From NCBI RefSeq assembly GCF_000020025.1, contig NC_010628.1, forward strand, positions 630,001-662,000: 32,000 nt of DNA. Reading direction: 5' to 3'. The position numbers and the translations under genes were made by a program. Source of the stretch: Nostoc punctiforme PCC 73102. GTDB lineage: Bacteria > Cyanobacteriota > Cyanobacteriia > Cyanobacteriales > Nostocaceae. Under the pieces are notes generated by a model. That model saw nothing but the letters and a program-made list of their open reading frames with translations, did no database searches and had not been told where the DNA came from. Shown here one piece after another: positions 1 through 8,107 of the stretch; position 1 is the stretch's first letter, and the number at the start of each line of letters is the position of its first letter.

Positions 1-122
1 ACTCCCAGACCATACCAACGCACAGTTCTACCTTCTTTGTCTGGGATCAGGGGAATGGCTAAGGCAGCCACCAAGGGTAAGAGGATTATGGCTGTTAGCC
101 AGGGAAATTCAATAGCATTCAT
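1..122 (-). CDS. ndhD: NAD(P)H-quinone oxidoreductase chain 4 (NdhD/NuoM family), first ~40 codons only. The gene runs off the left edge.
   Basis: The reverse complement starts with ATG (complement of 120-122) and reads [40 protein letters not shown]. This matches the conserved cyanobacterial NdhD N-terminus as I recall it (FPWLT.IIL.P...IPDK.G.TVRWY). It is absent from the ORF track because it is open at the window edge. Confidence 0.7.
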   Translation of the reverse strand, partial: MNAIEFPWLTAIILLPLVAALAIPLIPDKEGRTVRWYGLG

Positions 123-470
123 CACTTCTGACAATCAATTTGCCTTCTCACTTTTAATTTCATTATATTAAGGAATCTATACTTTTGTAAACTATCTTGA
201 ACTCTAGAAGATTAAACCTTAACTGTTTACAGGAATATATACTCATTGAATCTCAGATTATCAGGATAAAGAAGAATAAATACTTATGGTATTTTGACGG
301 TTACCATTCTAAATGTAAACTTTTGCAACGTCAACTAAAGCCGCCGTTACAATACGGTTATATTTTCTAGTTAAGTTTAATTGTCGGTTTACATAAAATA
401 TCGAGGCAGCTATAACTTCCAAGTTGCAAAACCTGGGATTATAGCTGCGTCAATATGTTGATGAAAAGAG

Positions 471-763
471 TTGTGTAAACTATATTGCGTGGAAAGAAGA
501 GCAGCCCTAAACAGTTGCAGATTGGTTTTCGAGGGGAAAAATCTGGCTTTTAAATATAATTGCAACAATTTCGAGCAATTGTCATTCTGGATAAACCTTT
601 ACAATACGTTCACCATTTCAACAATTTTGGAAAGATACCCGATAGAGTTGATTCGTCCATGAGTTTTAGGGATTCTCAACTGGCTAGCTTTTTTATGGTT
701 CTTCCAACGTCGGCTTTATTGTATGTTTGGAAAAGTTATAGTTTAGCTGAAATAGCGTACTGA
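471..763 (+). pseudogene. Frameshifted, truncated remnant of a DUF547-type gene
   Basis: ORF 471..662 contains EQLSFWINLYNTFTISTILERYPI, which resembles the FWIN.YN core motif I associate with DUF547. The expected continuation (...YVWKSYSLAEIAY) lies in a different frame (ORF 560..763). Both pieces are far shorter than a full-length family member. Confidence 0.35.
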
Positions 764-826
764 ATTTCATGTATATAGACTAGAGCTACAGTCTATGAAA
801 ATATATAAATAATTTTGCTTAATTAT

Positions 827-903
827 AGGACTTACGCACACTCTACAAATTCTTCTCTTCTCTGCGATAAGTTAAGCTTTTTGGCAATTTTTGCGTAAGT
901 CCT
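827..903. repeat. Perfect 12-bp inverted repeat (AGGACTTACGCA / TGCGTAAGTCCT) enclosing 53 bp. Small hairpin or MITE-like repeat.
   Basis: Positions 827-838 and 892-903 are exact reverse complements. The element lies immediately downstream of the minus-strand gene that ends at 919. Confidence 0.5.
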
Positions 904-918
904 AAATTGCTGAGTCCG

Positions 919-1197
919 TTATGAATACTGAATTTTTAATGCAATAATCCCAATCAATACAGCAAGACCTAACGCTCTACGAAAATAATTGACCCCTTGA
1001 AATAATTCCAGCCACGCCCAAGTAAACAAAGAGCCATTTGCTACCACGTCTAAAACTGTATTGATTTTACCACTTGTAAAAATTAAAGCGAGTAAACTGG
1101 TTACTATCCAAACAATAAGTGGTAGGTTTGGCATCTGAGCTAAAACAATTTTGCCATCGCTGTCACGAAAAGTTTTATCAATTAATGTATTTTCCAT
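919..1197 (-). CDS. Small hypothetical membrane protein (92 aa)
   Basis: Complete ORF with hydrophobic segments (LPLIVWIVTSLLALIF, LGLAVLIGIIALKI). I recognise no family. Confidence 0.5.
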   Translation of the reverse strand: MENTLIDKTFRDSDGKIVLAQMPNLPLIVWIVTSLLALIFTSGKINTVLDVVANGSLFTWAWLELFQGVNYFRRALGLAVLIGIIALKIQYS

Positions 1198-1640
1198 TAT
1201 TTGAAATTGCTACCTCGCTACAAATGATTAACTTACAGAAACTATTTGATGGTCTATTGAGAATAGGATTACATTTAGTTGTAAATTCCTTAATCCTATT
1301 AAAACATCTAGGGAAATCTCTTTTCAAGCATCTAATTGCTGAGATTATGACTATGTTAATAGACGTACATACACTAACAATATATCTGTCGTAAGAATGA
1401 ATGCAATTTGGAGCAGTGAAGATTAGGGATGCTCACATCGTAATTATTTGGAAGTACGAGATGCCGCCGAGAAGGGTGACGATTAAACAGATTACTGAGT
1501 CATTGAATTAACGTGGCTGCCAGCTCGCCGCTAGCGCTCGTAAAATAAGATTAGTTCGAGATTCGACCTCAGATAAAAATACAGAAATTGACAAGTAGGA
1601 GTAATTCATGAATCGCCCCTACTATGTCTAGTTAATTGAC

Positions 1641-2153
1641 ATGGTATCTGAATTTATAGTAGCTACTATCGAGCAAAGCTTAAAACTCTTACAAACAGAT
1701 AAACCCTCTGCTGATGGGATTCTCTGGGCACAGGCACTCAATACCAAACCAAATTTGCAATTGTACAATGGCAAAGCCGAAACTGCTCTCGAGAGTTGGC
1801 AACAAGCTCAAAAATATTACGATCTAGCAGGCGATACAATGGGCAGCTTGGGTAGTCAAATTAACCAGGCACGCTTTACAAAGTTTGGGATTTTATCGCC
1901 GTTCTAAACAGCAGTTGGAGGAGCTAAATCAAAAGTTAGGAGCAATGCCAGATTCGGAAATTAAAGTTAGTGGGCTAAGAACGCTTGGTTTAGCCCTATT
2001 GATGATTGGCGACTCTGGTAAGAGCCAACAAGTTTTAGAGTAAAGTTTAGCGCTCGCTCGTAAAATTGAAACTACACCTCAATTGAGTTCCATCCTACTA
2101 AGCTTAGGAAAAACCGCCGTAGACTTACAAGATCCAAAGGCGGCATTAGATTA
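1641..2153 (+). pseudogene. 5' portion of a decayed TPR-repeat gene, cut by the IS at 2154
   Basis: TPR-like text (AETALESWQQAQKYYDLAGD, then QQLEELNQKL...LALARKIETTPQLSSILLSLGKTAVDLQDPKAALD) is spread over two frames, with a shift near 1890-1910. There is an in-frame TAA at 2041-2043. Confidence 0.55.
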
Positions 2154-3153
2154 GAGTTGTCGGGAAATAAAAGATAAGTGAGGCAATGCTGGTCTTGTAA
2201 TTGGGATTCTCTTAAGCAGCCATCAAGTAGAAGTTCCATAATCCTGCTGCGGTCAGCATCAAATGGTCATCAAAGTTTTCAATCCGATTACGATAAATGA
2301 CACTGGCGGCGTTGTAGCGCTTCACACCAGCAAAGGCATTTTCGCAAACTACACGGGATTGACTCAATTGACGATTCTCCGTTTTTTGAAGGTCACTTAA
2401 CTTGCCCCCTTTGGGCTTTTTGTGAGGAAGATGGAGATTGTCATACTGCTTCTGTAATCCCTGAAAGCCCGAGTCTACTTCAATCGGAATTTCATCAGGC
2501 ACACTACCTGCAATGTCATCTTCGTCATGAAAACGTTTGTCATGCAGTTTGCCTTCTCGTGCTTTGCTTAAGATCAAGACCCGTTTGGTTTCATCAACTG
2601 CCGCCAAGTGTTTACGCGTATGACGTTTCTTTTTACCGGAGTAATTCTGTTGTTGTTGTCTCTTTCTTGAGGTCGCGCAATTGGGCGTTCTGTCCCATCA
2701 ATCATCACTCGTTGCACTCCTGGAAAGCGTGACAAAAATGCTTCAATGCTTTCGAGATGGCGTTCCGGCAGCGCCATCTTCTGTCCCAAAGCCGCTTCTA
2801 ATATTGGCTGCAATCGATGCATCCACTCATGTGCCTGGGAGCGATGCATATCAAAGAGCAGTCCCGCCACATCGAAGGTCGGATAACATTTGAAATAGAA
2901 AAGGATGAAAAACAATTTGTCTTGGGCTGTAAGTAAGCGGGCTTTGCGTCCTCCACCCAGGCCACGTTGACGAGGCTTGGCCTGTTGAGTATCTAGGTAC
3001 ATCGTGGTAAACGTGGGCAAAAGGGCATCAAATGCTTTCCGGTTCAACCCAGTTAATGCCCTCAACAGTCGGTCTTGCTTCAGCGCACCTTCAATATTCA
3101 GCATCATTCTTCCCTACCACTGCTGTCTATTCTCTCTTATTTCCCGACAAGTC
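2154..3153 (-). mobile_element. IS5-family-like insertion sequence (DDE_Tnp_4/Harbinger-type transposase), about 1.0 kb, with terminal inverted repeats
   Basis: The left end is GAGTTGTCGGGAAATAA (2154-). The reverse complement of the right end is GACTTGTCGGGAAATAA (-3153). TA (or TTA/ATTA) is present on both flanks (2152-2153 and 3154-3155). The element holds the transposase reading frames 2212..3107. Confidence 0.75.
2212..3107 (-). pseudogene. Transposase of the IS, split into two overlapping frames
   Basis: ORF 2574..3107 (HTH-like N-terminus ... VMIDGTERPIARPQ) and ORF 2212..2607 (...DSGFQGLQK...ENRQLSQSRVVCENAFAGVKRYN...). The second frame is open upstream of its first start and encodes QQQQNYSGKKKRHTRKHL. 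The frames therefore switch around 2646-2672. Confidence 0.7.
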
Positions 3154-3155
3154 TA

Positions 3156-3866
3156 TTACTTTGAACAAGCAGAACAGGTAGCGACAAATCCAGGCGATCG
3201 CTTAGGGACTTGCATGAAAATAAAGTACCAGTAAACCGAGTTTCGACTGCGCTCAACTCTCGATGGCTGAGGGTTGAGCGCAGCGATGCACTGAGCGCAG
3301 TCGAAGTGTCGAAATCCGTCTGGTTGGGATACTATTAACCCGCAGATCGCTTACAGGCACGTTTAGGGCGTTTCAAGCTTTTCCTCGACTATGACAAGCC
3401 TGAATTGGCTACCCCATTAGCACCTCAATTACTACAACAACTTACAGAACTGCCCCCCAGTCATACCTCTCTCTACGCAGCTATTAATTTTGTTGCCTCA
3501 CTGAATCGGCAGTCAAATTCTAGCCAAATCATACCGATGAAAGACCTGGCGCAACTCATGGCAGTCACAGTCAAGTCTGCACAGCAGATCCAGGATGCTC
3601 AAGCAGAAGCTTACGCACTGCATCAGTGGGGAAAACTCTATCATCATACACAGCAGTTATCGCAAGCGCAGAAGTTAACTCAGAAATCCCTCAACATTGC
3701 ACGTCAACTCCAAGCTGAGGATATCATTGCTCAATCTGCTTGGCAGGTGGGACAGTTGTATAAAGAACAGGGCGATCGCTTTGTCCGTCGCGCAGACAAA
3801 TTTGTATGGCTTTTCTGGTGGGGCTGTATCGCTCTGGATTATTTTATGGTCTGCGATCGGCTCTAG
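3156..3866 (+). pseudogene. 3' portion of the same decayed TPR-repeat gene, additionally interrupted by a MITE
   Basis: It reads YFEQAEQVATNPGDRL, then the insertion, then QARLGRFKLFLDYDKPELATPLAPQLLQQLTELPPSHTSLYAAINFVASL...AQSAWQVGQLYKEQGDR. After that it degenerates and stops. This style of TPR region is often N-terminal to CHAT domains in Nostocales, but no such domain follows here. Confidence 0.55.
3205..3344. mobile_element. 140-bp MITE-like insertion with a 9-bp target-site duplication GATCGCTTA
   Basis: GATCGCTTA occurs at 3196-3204 and again at 3345-3353. The intervening 140 bp has sub-terminal inverted segments (..CCGAGTTTCGAC at about 3236-3247 versus GTCGAAATCCGT at about 3308-3319). 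It also has three copies of the CTGCGCTCA/TGAGCGCAG motif (3247-3255, 3275-3283, 3292-3300) that can form alternative hairpins. Confidence 0.6.
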
Positions 3867-3872
3867 TGGTAG

Positions 3873-4514
3873 TTGGTTCTTATCCAGTCGCAGGTTGCGG
3901 ATTCCTGGTGGCAAAATTCCCTGAGCAACTATAGGCATCTGTGGCATGTTTGTGGGGGGTGGCATGGCATTCTGATTCCAGTCACACCTGCTTTAGCCGC
4001 ATTCATCGGCAGTGTAATTGCAACAACAAATGCCTATAAACAGAGGCGGTTAGAAGAAGCAAATCAGCAACTAGAAATTGCCAATGCTCAACTATTAGAT
4101 TATTCCAAAACTCTGGAGTTCAAAGTTGAAGAGCGAACTCATGAACTGCTTGAGACCAAGCAAGGTGCTGATGCTGCTAACGAAGCAAAGAGCGAGTTTT
4201 TGGCAAATATGAGCCACGAGCTACGCACACCGCTTAATGGCATCCTTGGTTTTGCTCAGGTGCTAGAAGTATCGCCAAACATGACAGAGAAAAATCTGGA
4301 AGGTGTCAGCATTATCTACCAATGTGGGACGCACCTGCTGATGCTAATCAATGATATTCTCGACCTTTCAAAAATTGAAGCTCGTAAATTAGAATTAGTT
4401 ACGACTAATGTACATCTGCACACTTTTTTACATGGTGTCACTGAGATTTGCAGTATCCGAGCAAAACAGAAAGGGATTTCATTTAATATTTTAATCAGCG
4501 ATTTTCTAATATGA
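3873..4514 (+). pseudogene. Truncated sensor histidine kinase. The TM segment, coiled coil and HisKA/H-box are present; the ATPase domain is missing.
   Basis: The H-box is [20 protein letters not shown] and is followed by [21 protein letters not shown]. The ORF stops shortly afterwards ([13 protein letters not shown]), and no N/G1/G2 boxes occur downstream in any frame. Confidence 0.6.
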
Positions 4515-4598
4515 TAGATGTGTACATACTTAATAGCTGATAATAAGAACTTTAGTTCTTGGCTTTCAAGTACTAAAGTCCTTAGTACACAACACAAA

Positions 4599-5132
4599 TC
4601 AAATTTTTAAATCGCGTAGTGCTAGACGAATTTGCTCCAAGCGTCTGCGGTTTACACCAAAATCCGAGTCTCCAAGACGTGATGCCGAACGCAGATGAAT
4701 TACTGACTCATTAGCAGGGAAATAAAACTCGACATCATCCACAAATTGGAATATCCGACTCTTAGAGAGAGCATGGATGTAATTATCTGTCTGTTGGATA
4801 ACCTCTGTGCGTGGAACAACACTAAGAACTTTGAGTAAAGTTGCTCGTGCTGTCTTGAGGTCTACATGATAGGCGATCGGGTCAATGCTATGTTTGGAAT
4901 CAGCATCTTGACTGACAGCACAGTTCGGAGAAGGCGGACAGGGAGCAAGATGAATATTGTCAACTCCCAAGCCAGAAGTGGCAGCCCAAGTAGCAGCAGG
5001 AAGTATGAAGCTGCTAGTCAGGCTAAAGAATATTACAAAGATAATACTCCACAGAAGTCGCTGCACGTACCTCATTTCCCCGTTCACGGAGCGTTCCGTA
5101 GGAAAGGGGTATGTTTTTAGCAGACGGAACAT
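4599..5132 (-). CDS. DUF1499-like protein with an N-terminal signal or TM segment
   Basis: LAPCPPSPNCAVSQD...FVDDVEFYF...IHLRSASRLGDSDFGVNRRRLEQIR matches the DUF1499 pattern as I recall it. The true start is more likely the internal Met (MRYVQRLLWSIIF..., codon at 5073-5075). Confidence 0.7.
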   Translation of the reverse strand: MFRLLKTYPFPTERSVNGEMRYVQRLLWSIIFVIFFSLTSSFILPAATWAATSGLGVDNIHLAPCPPSPNCAVSQDADSKHSIDPIAYHVDLKTARATLLKVLSVVPRTEVIQQTDNYIHALSKSRIFQFVDDVEFYFPANESVIHLRSASRLGDSDFGVNRRRLEQIRLALRDLKI

Positions 5133-5280
5133 GATCTATTTACTCCTTGTTAAGAAACATAAATATACCTGAAACACTTACCAATGACAAATAAGAAATG
5201 ACCCGTGGACTTCACAAGTTCCTCAAATTCTTTATCTAAGTTGAAAGTGAGACAATGACACAATAATTTTAGAATCAATT

Positions 5281-5739
5281 ATGGTTATGGCAATTAATTA
5301 TCGGGAAAAAATCATTGCTCTTTGGACGGTATTTCTACTAGGAATATTGTTTCATACACAACTTGGTTTAATACCGCTTTTTCATGGGTTATCTGTTATT
5401 GAATCTCAAAAAGCTACAAATATCAACGATATTTCTGGAATTATGTGGTTGATGTTGGGCTTTTTTGTGCTACCAATGCTGGCAATTATTCTCACTATTT
5501 TTACCGATTCAAAGCGTTATCGAATCATTCATTTTGGCTTAACTGTTTTTTACAGTATCATGAACTTACTACATGTAATTTTAGATTTATTTGTCCAACC
5601 AGTTTTTTGGTATCAGATAGCCTTAATAGGGTTGTTATTTTTTGTGGGTTTATTATTAAATATTACTGCTTTTAAATGGATGCAAATGCCTAACAGGTCT
5701 AATAAATCACAAAAAGAATTAGAAAATTCACATTTGTAG
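5281..5739 (+). CDS. Hypothetical integral membrane protein (152 aa, about 4 TM)
   Basis: Complete ORF with four long hydrophobic stretches. I recognise no family. Confidence 0.5.
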   Translation: MVMAINYREKIIALWTVFLLGILFHTQLGLIPLFHGLSVIESQKATNINDISGIMWLMLGFFVLPMLAIILTIFTDSKRYRIIHFGLTVFYSIMNLLHVILDLFVQPVFWYQIALIGLLFFVGLLLNITAFKWMQMPNRSNKSQKELENSHL

Positions 5740-6093
5740 CTTTTATTAAAGCTGTGTTGTATCAGCTTTATTATAAATTTGATTTTGAATAATATGGGAA
5801 TGAATATTCAATACTCATAATTCTTTAACTTGATTTAAGTAAGTTGGTAGAAATAAACCAAATTATGTTACGAAACGTAAATAGTCTTAAAGTCCTACTA
5901 ATAAACAATGACAAAGGACAGCCCTTGCCAGTTAGCTTTAATTGCGCCAATCTACTTAATCGGTTTTAAAATAACACAGCGACAAATGTTATCTTATAAC
6001 ATTCAACATTCATTCTTCTGTGATTTACATTCCAAAATGCAAATCTACCGAGCGCGATAATGCCTAATGGTAGAATAGCAGAAGCATGAAATT

Positions 6094-6954
6094 GTGAATA
6101 CAAAAGCCCTCATTTCTCCTCAAGAACTCACGTCCCTATTAGCAGAAAACTTATCGCGGGCTGTCATTATCGATACGCGAAGTCCTGAAGATTATGCTAT
6201 TTCTCATATTCCTCAATCCATAAATATTAGAGATTTTTTCACCTATCTTTTAGAGAGTTCCTACCCAGCAGGATTAAAGGAATTACAAGAGTATTTTGCA
6301 GTAATTATGAGCAAGCTGGGAATATCAGGCGCGGAACGGTTAATTGTCTATGAGGATACTTTAAATAGAGGTTATGGTCAATCTTGTCGAGCAGCTTTTT
6401 TATTGAAGTATTTGGGTTGCGCTGAGGTATCTATCTTACAAGGAGGATATAGAGCATGGCTGACAGAGGGATTGCCTACTACCGATGAAGTACCATTATG
6501 TGAAAGCAGCATATTTAGATTTCATCCCAACACAGACATGATGGTGACTACCCCCGAGATGTTGCAAGCAATTGATAATCCAGCAATTATTAAATTAGAT
6601 GTGCGCGATCGCAGCGAATGGCTTGGACTGAGTTCTTCTCCCTACAATCCTGACTTTTGTCCTCGCAAAGGTAGAATCCCTAATGCTGTATGGTTAGAAT
6701 GGCATCATCTGATGAATTCCAAATCGGAAATCCCCACGTTCCGATCGCCAGATGAAATCCGAGAAATTTGTCAGTCAGTAGGTATTACTTCAGAGTCCAT
6801 TGTGTATATTTACTGCTTTAAAGGTTCAAGGGCTGCTAATACATTAATAGCTCTTGAACAAGTAGGAATTTCTGCTAGAAATTATTTTGGCTCTTGGAAT
6901 GAATGGTCTCGTGATTTTTCCCTACCCATTGATAGCAGAGTCATCAGCATGTAG
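6094..6954 (+). CDS. Two-domain rhodanese-family sulfurtransferase (thiosulfate/3-mercaptopyruvate type)
   Basis: GTG start. The layout is tandem rhodanese, with the catalytic loop CFKGSRAA (CxxGxR) in the C-terminal domain and an inactive N-terminal domain (VIIDTRSPEDY...). Confidence 0.85.
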   Translation: MNTKALISPQELTSLLAENLSRAVIIDTRSPEDYAISHIPQSINIRDFFTYLLESSYPAGLKELQEYFAVIMSKLGISGAERLIVYEDTLNRGYGQSCRAAFLLKYLGCAEVSILQGGYRAWLTEGLPTTDEVPLCESSIFRFHPNTDMMVTTPEMLQAIDNPAIIKLDVRDRSEWLGLSSSPYNPDFCPRKGRIPNAVWLEWHHLMNSKSEIPTFRSPDEIREICQSVGITSESIVYIYCFKGSRAANTLIALEQVGISARNYFGSWNEWSRDFSLPIDSRVISM

Positions 6955-7002
6955 GCATCGCAGGCTCGGTTTTTTGCTGTAACATACTTGACGTTGGGTT
7001 TT

Positions 7003-7027
7003 CGAGACGCGATAAATCGCCGTCTCT
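7003..7027. repeat. Small dispersed-type hairpin repeat (GAGACGCGAT-AA-ATCGCCGTCTC)
   Basis: Imperfect inverted repeat with a one-base bulge. The following 150 bp is Pro-codon-like low-complexity filler (CCTTCCCCTTTTCCCC). Three mutually overlapping ORFs in the track cover this area. Confidence 0.4.
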
Positions 7028-7305
7028 ACAAGTGTTTTGGTCTGATCTGAACTGTATTGCTTTATGACTCGGAATCTTTTTTGGGAAAAAGTTACTGGAT
7101 TTGGCTTAAAGGTTTTTTCTTTACCATTACCCCCAGAGGACGACACCACCTTCCCCTTTTCCCCAAAACCCAAGAAGTATTGCCTGCTTGGAAAAAAGCA
7201 TGAACTGCGATCGCTAGTAGAGCAATTATACTTAACCCAATTGTAGGAAGTATTTTGCTGGGCAATTGTGCCAATCTAGCAAATAACTTTTCTTTGGATA
7301 GACTT

Positions 7306-7701
7306 ATGGCTAAAAAATCTCAACCAAATGTAGAACAATACCAAGATGTCAGATTATCTGCCACTACAAGAATTTGGGTAATTACAGTCGCCATTCTCGG
7401 AGTTTGCGTCCCACTCTCAGCCGTTACTAGAAGTGGTGCTATTCTTCCTTTAGTTGCTATTGGTGGTGCAGCAGTTGGTACAGTTGCTGTTTGGCGTTCT
7501 GATGAGCAAAAATCAAAAACTAACTATTTGCAACAGCAGCAAATAGAACTGTTAGAGCGGAGATTAGCAAATTTAGAAACAATTGTTAGCAGCGATGACT
7601 TGAACTTGCAAATGAAAATTAAACAGATTGAAGCAAGGGATACTTTTGGTGACTCGTCTGATGTAAGTACTATACCCAGACAACCAAAACGCAAAGGTTA
7701 A
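7306..7701 (+). CDS. Hypothetical membrane protein with a C-terminal coiled coil (131 aa from the ATG)
   Basis: The track ORF starts at a TTG (7255). The in-frame ATG at 7306 gives MAKKSQPN.... There are two hydrophobic helices (IWVITVAILGVCVPL, ILPLVAIGGAAVGTVAVW), followed by QQQQIELLERRLANLETIV. Confidence 0.5.
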   Translation: MAKKSQPNVEQYQDVRLSATTRIWVITVAILGVCVPLSAVTRSGAILPLVAIGGAAVGTVAVWRSDEQKSKTNYLQQQQIELLERRLANLETIVSSDDLNLQMKIKQIEARDTFGDSSDVSTIPRQPKRKG

Positions 7702-8107
7702 AATTAGCTAATATTCACCATTTATGCCAATTTCAGATGATATACCCGAAAATAATCGTTACTAAGTCATTGTAGTGGGGGTATTTGTTGACTTAACGTT
7801 GCCGCAACCCTTAAAATGCCTTTCACATTAAACTTTCCTTTGCAGCGAGAAGTGTTTCCTTAGAAACAGTATCTTGTTGTTCATCTTCGTTAGAATTGAC
7901 TGACATCATTTAATTCTATATACTTCAACTGCATCAGTTCATGAAATGTCTAAGTGCTATCCATCTCTATTTTTCTCGGAAACATCTGCCAATGGCTGTG
8001 TTTTATTAGACTGCTAACATTACTGAATTTTTAATTAACTAAGGTTATAAACTTGAGTAATTGCATTGGTATAGCTTACCCTAGGTATGCAATAGTTTGC
8101 CGCAGGA

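Noticed and set aside
1119-1394. Plus-strand 91-aa ORF overlapping the 5' end of the 919..1197 gene
   Set aside because: Low-complexity Leu/Ile-rich product with no SD and no motif. Probably non-coding AT-rich spacer. I kept only the minus-strand membrane protein, and that with moderate confidence.
2629-2634. A-AAA-AG slippery-looking run in the transposase overlap as a programmed -1 frameshift site
   Set aside because: The conserved-looking NYSGKKKRHT segment is encoded in the downstream frame upstream of this run. The frame change must therefore occur earlier (2646-2672), and the A-run cannot be the recoding site.
3405-3866. Treating ORF 3405..3866 as an intact 153-aa gene
   Set aside because: Its frame is open upstream to 3339 and continues the interrupted TPR gene across the MITE. 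The TTG 'start' is an artefact of ORF calling, and the 3' end degenerates after KEQGDR.
6922-7274. Three mutually overlapping ORFs (6922..7173 -, 7064..7246 +, 7092..7274 -) between the rhodanese gene and the 7306 gene
   Set aside because: The area is made of a dispersed hairpin repeat (7003-7027) and low-complexity C/T-rich filler. The peptides look like translated repeats (…VETAIYRVS…, …PLPPEDDTTFPFSPKP…). Nothing favours any one of the three.
7823-7909. 28-codon minus-strand ORF (MMSVNSNEDEQQDTVSKETLLAAKESLM) in the 7702-8107 spacer
   Set aside because: It is too short to support from sequence alone. There is no clear SD and no recognisable family. It might be worth a look only if ribosome-profiling data exist.
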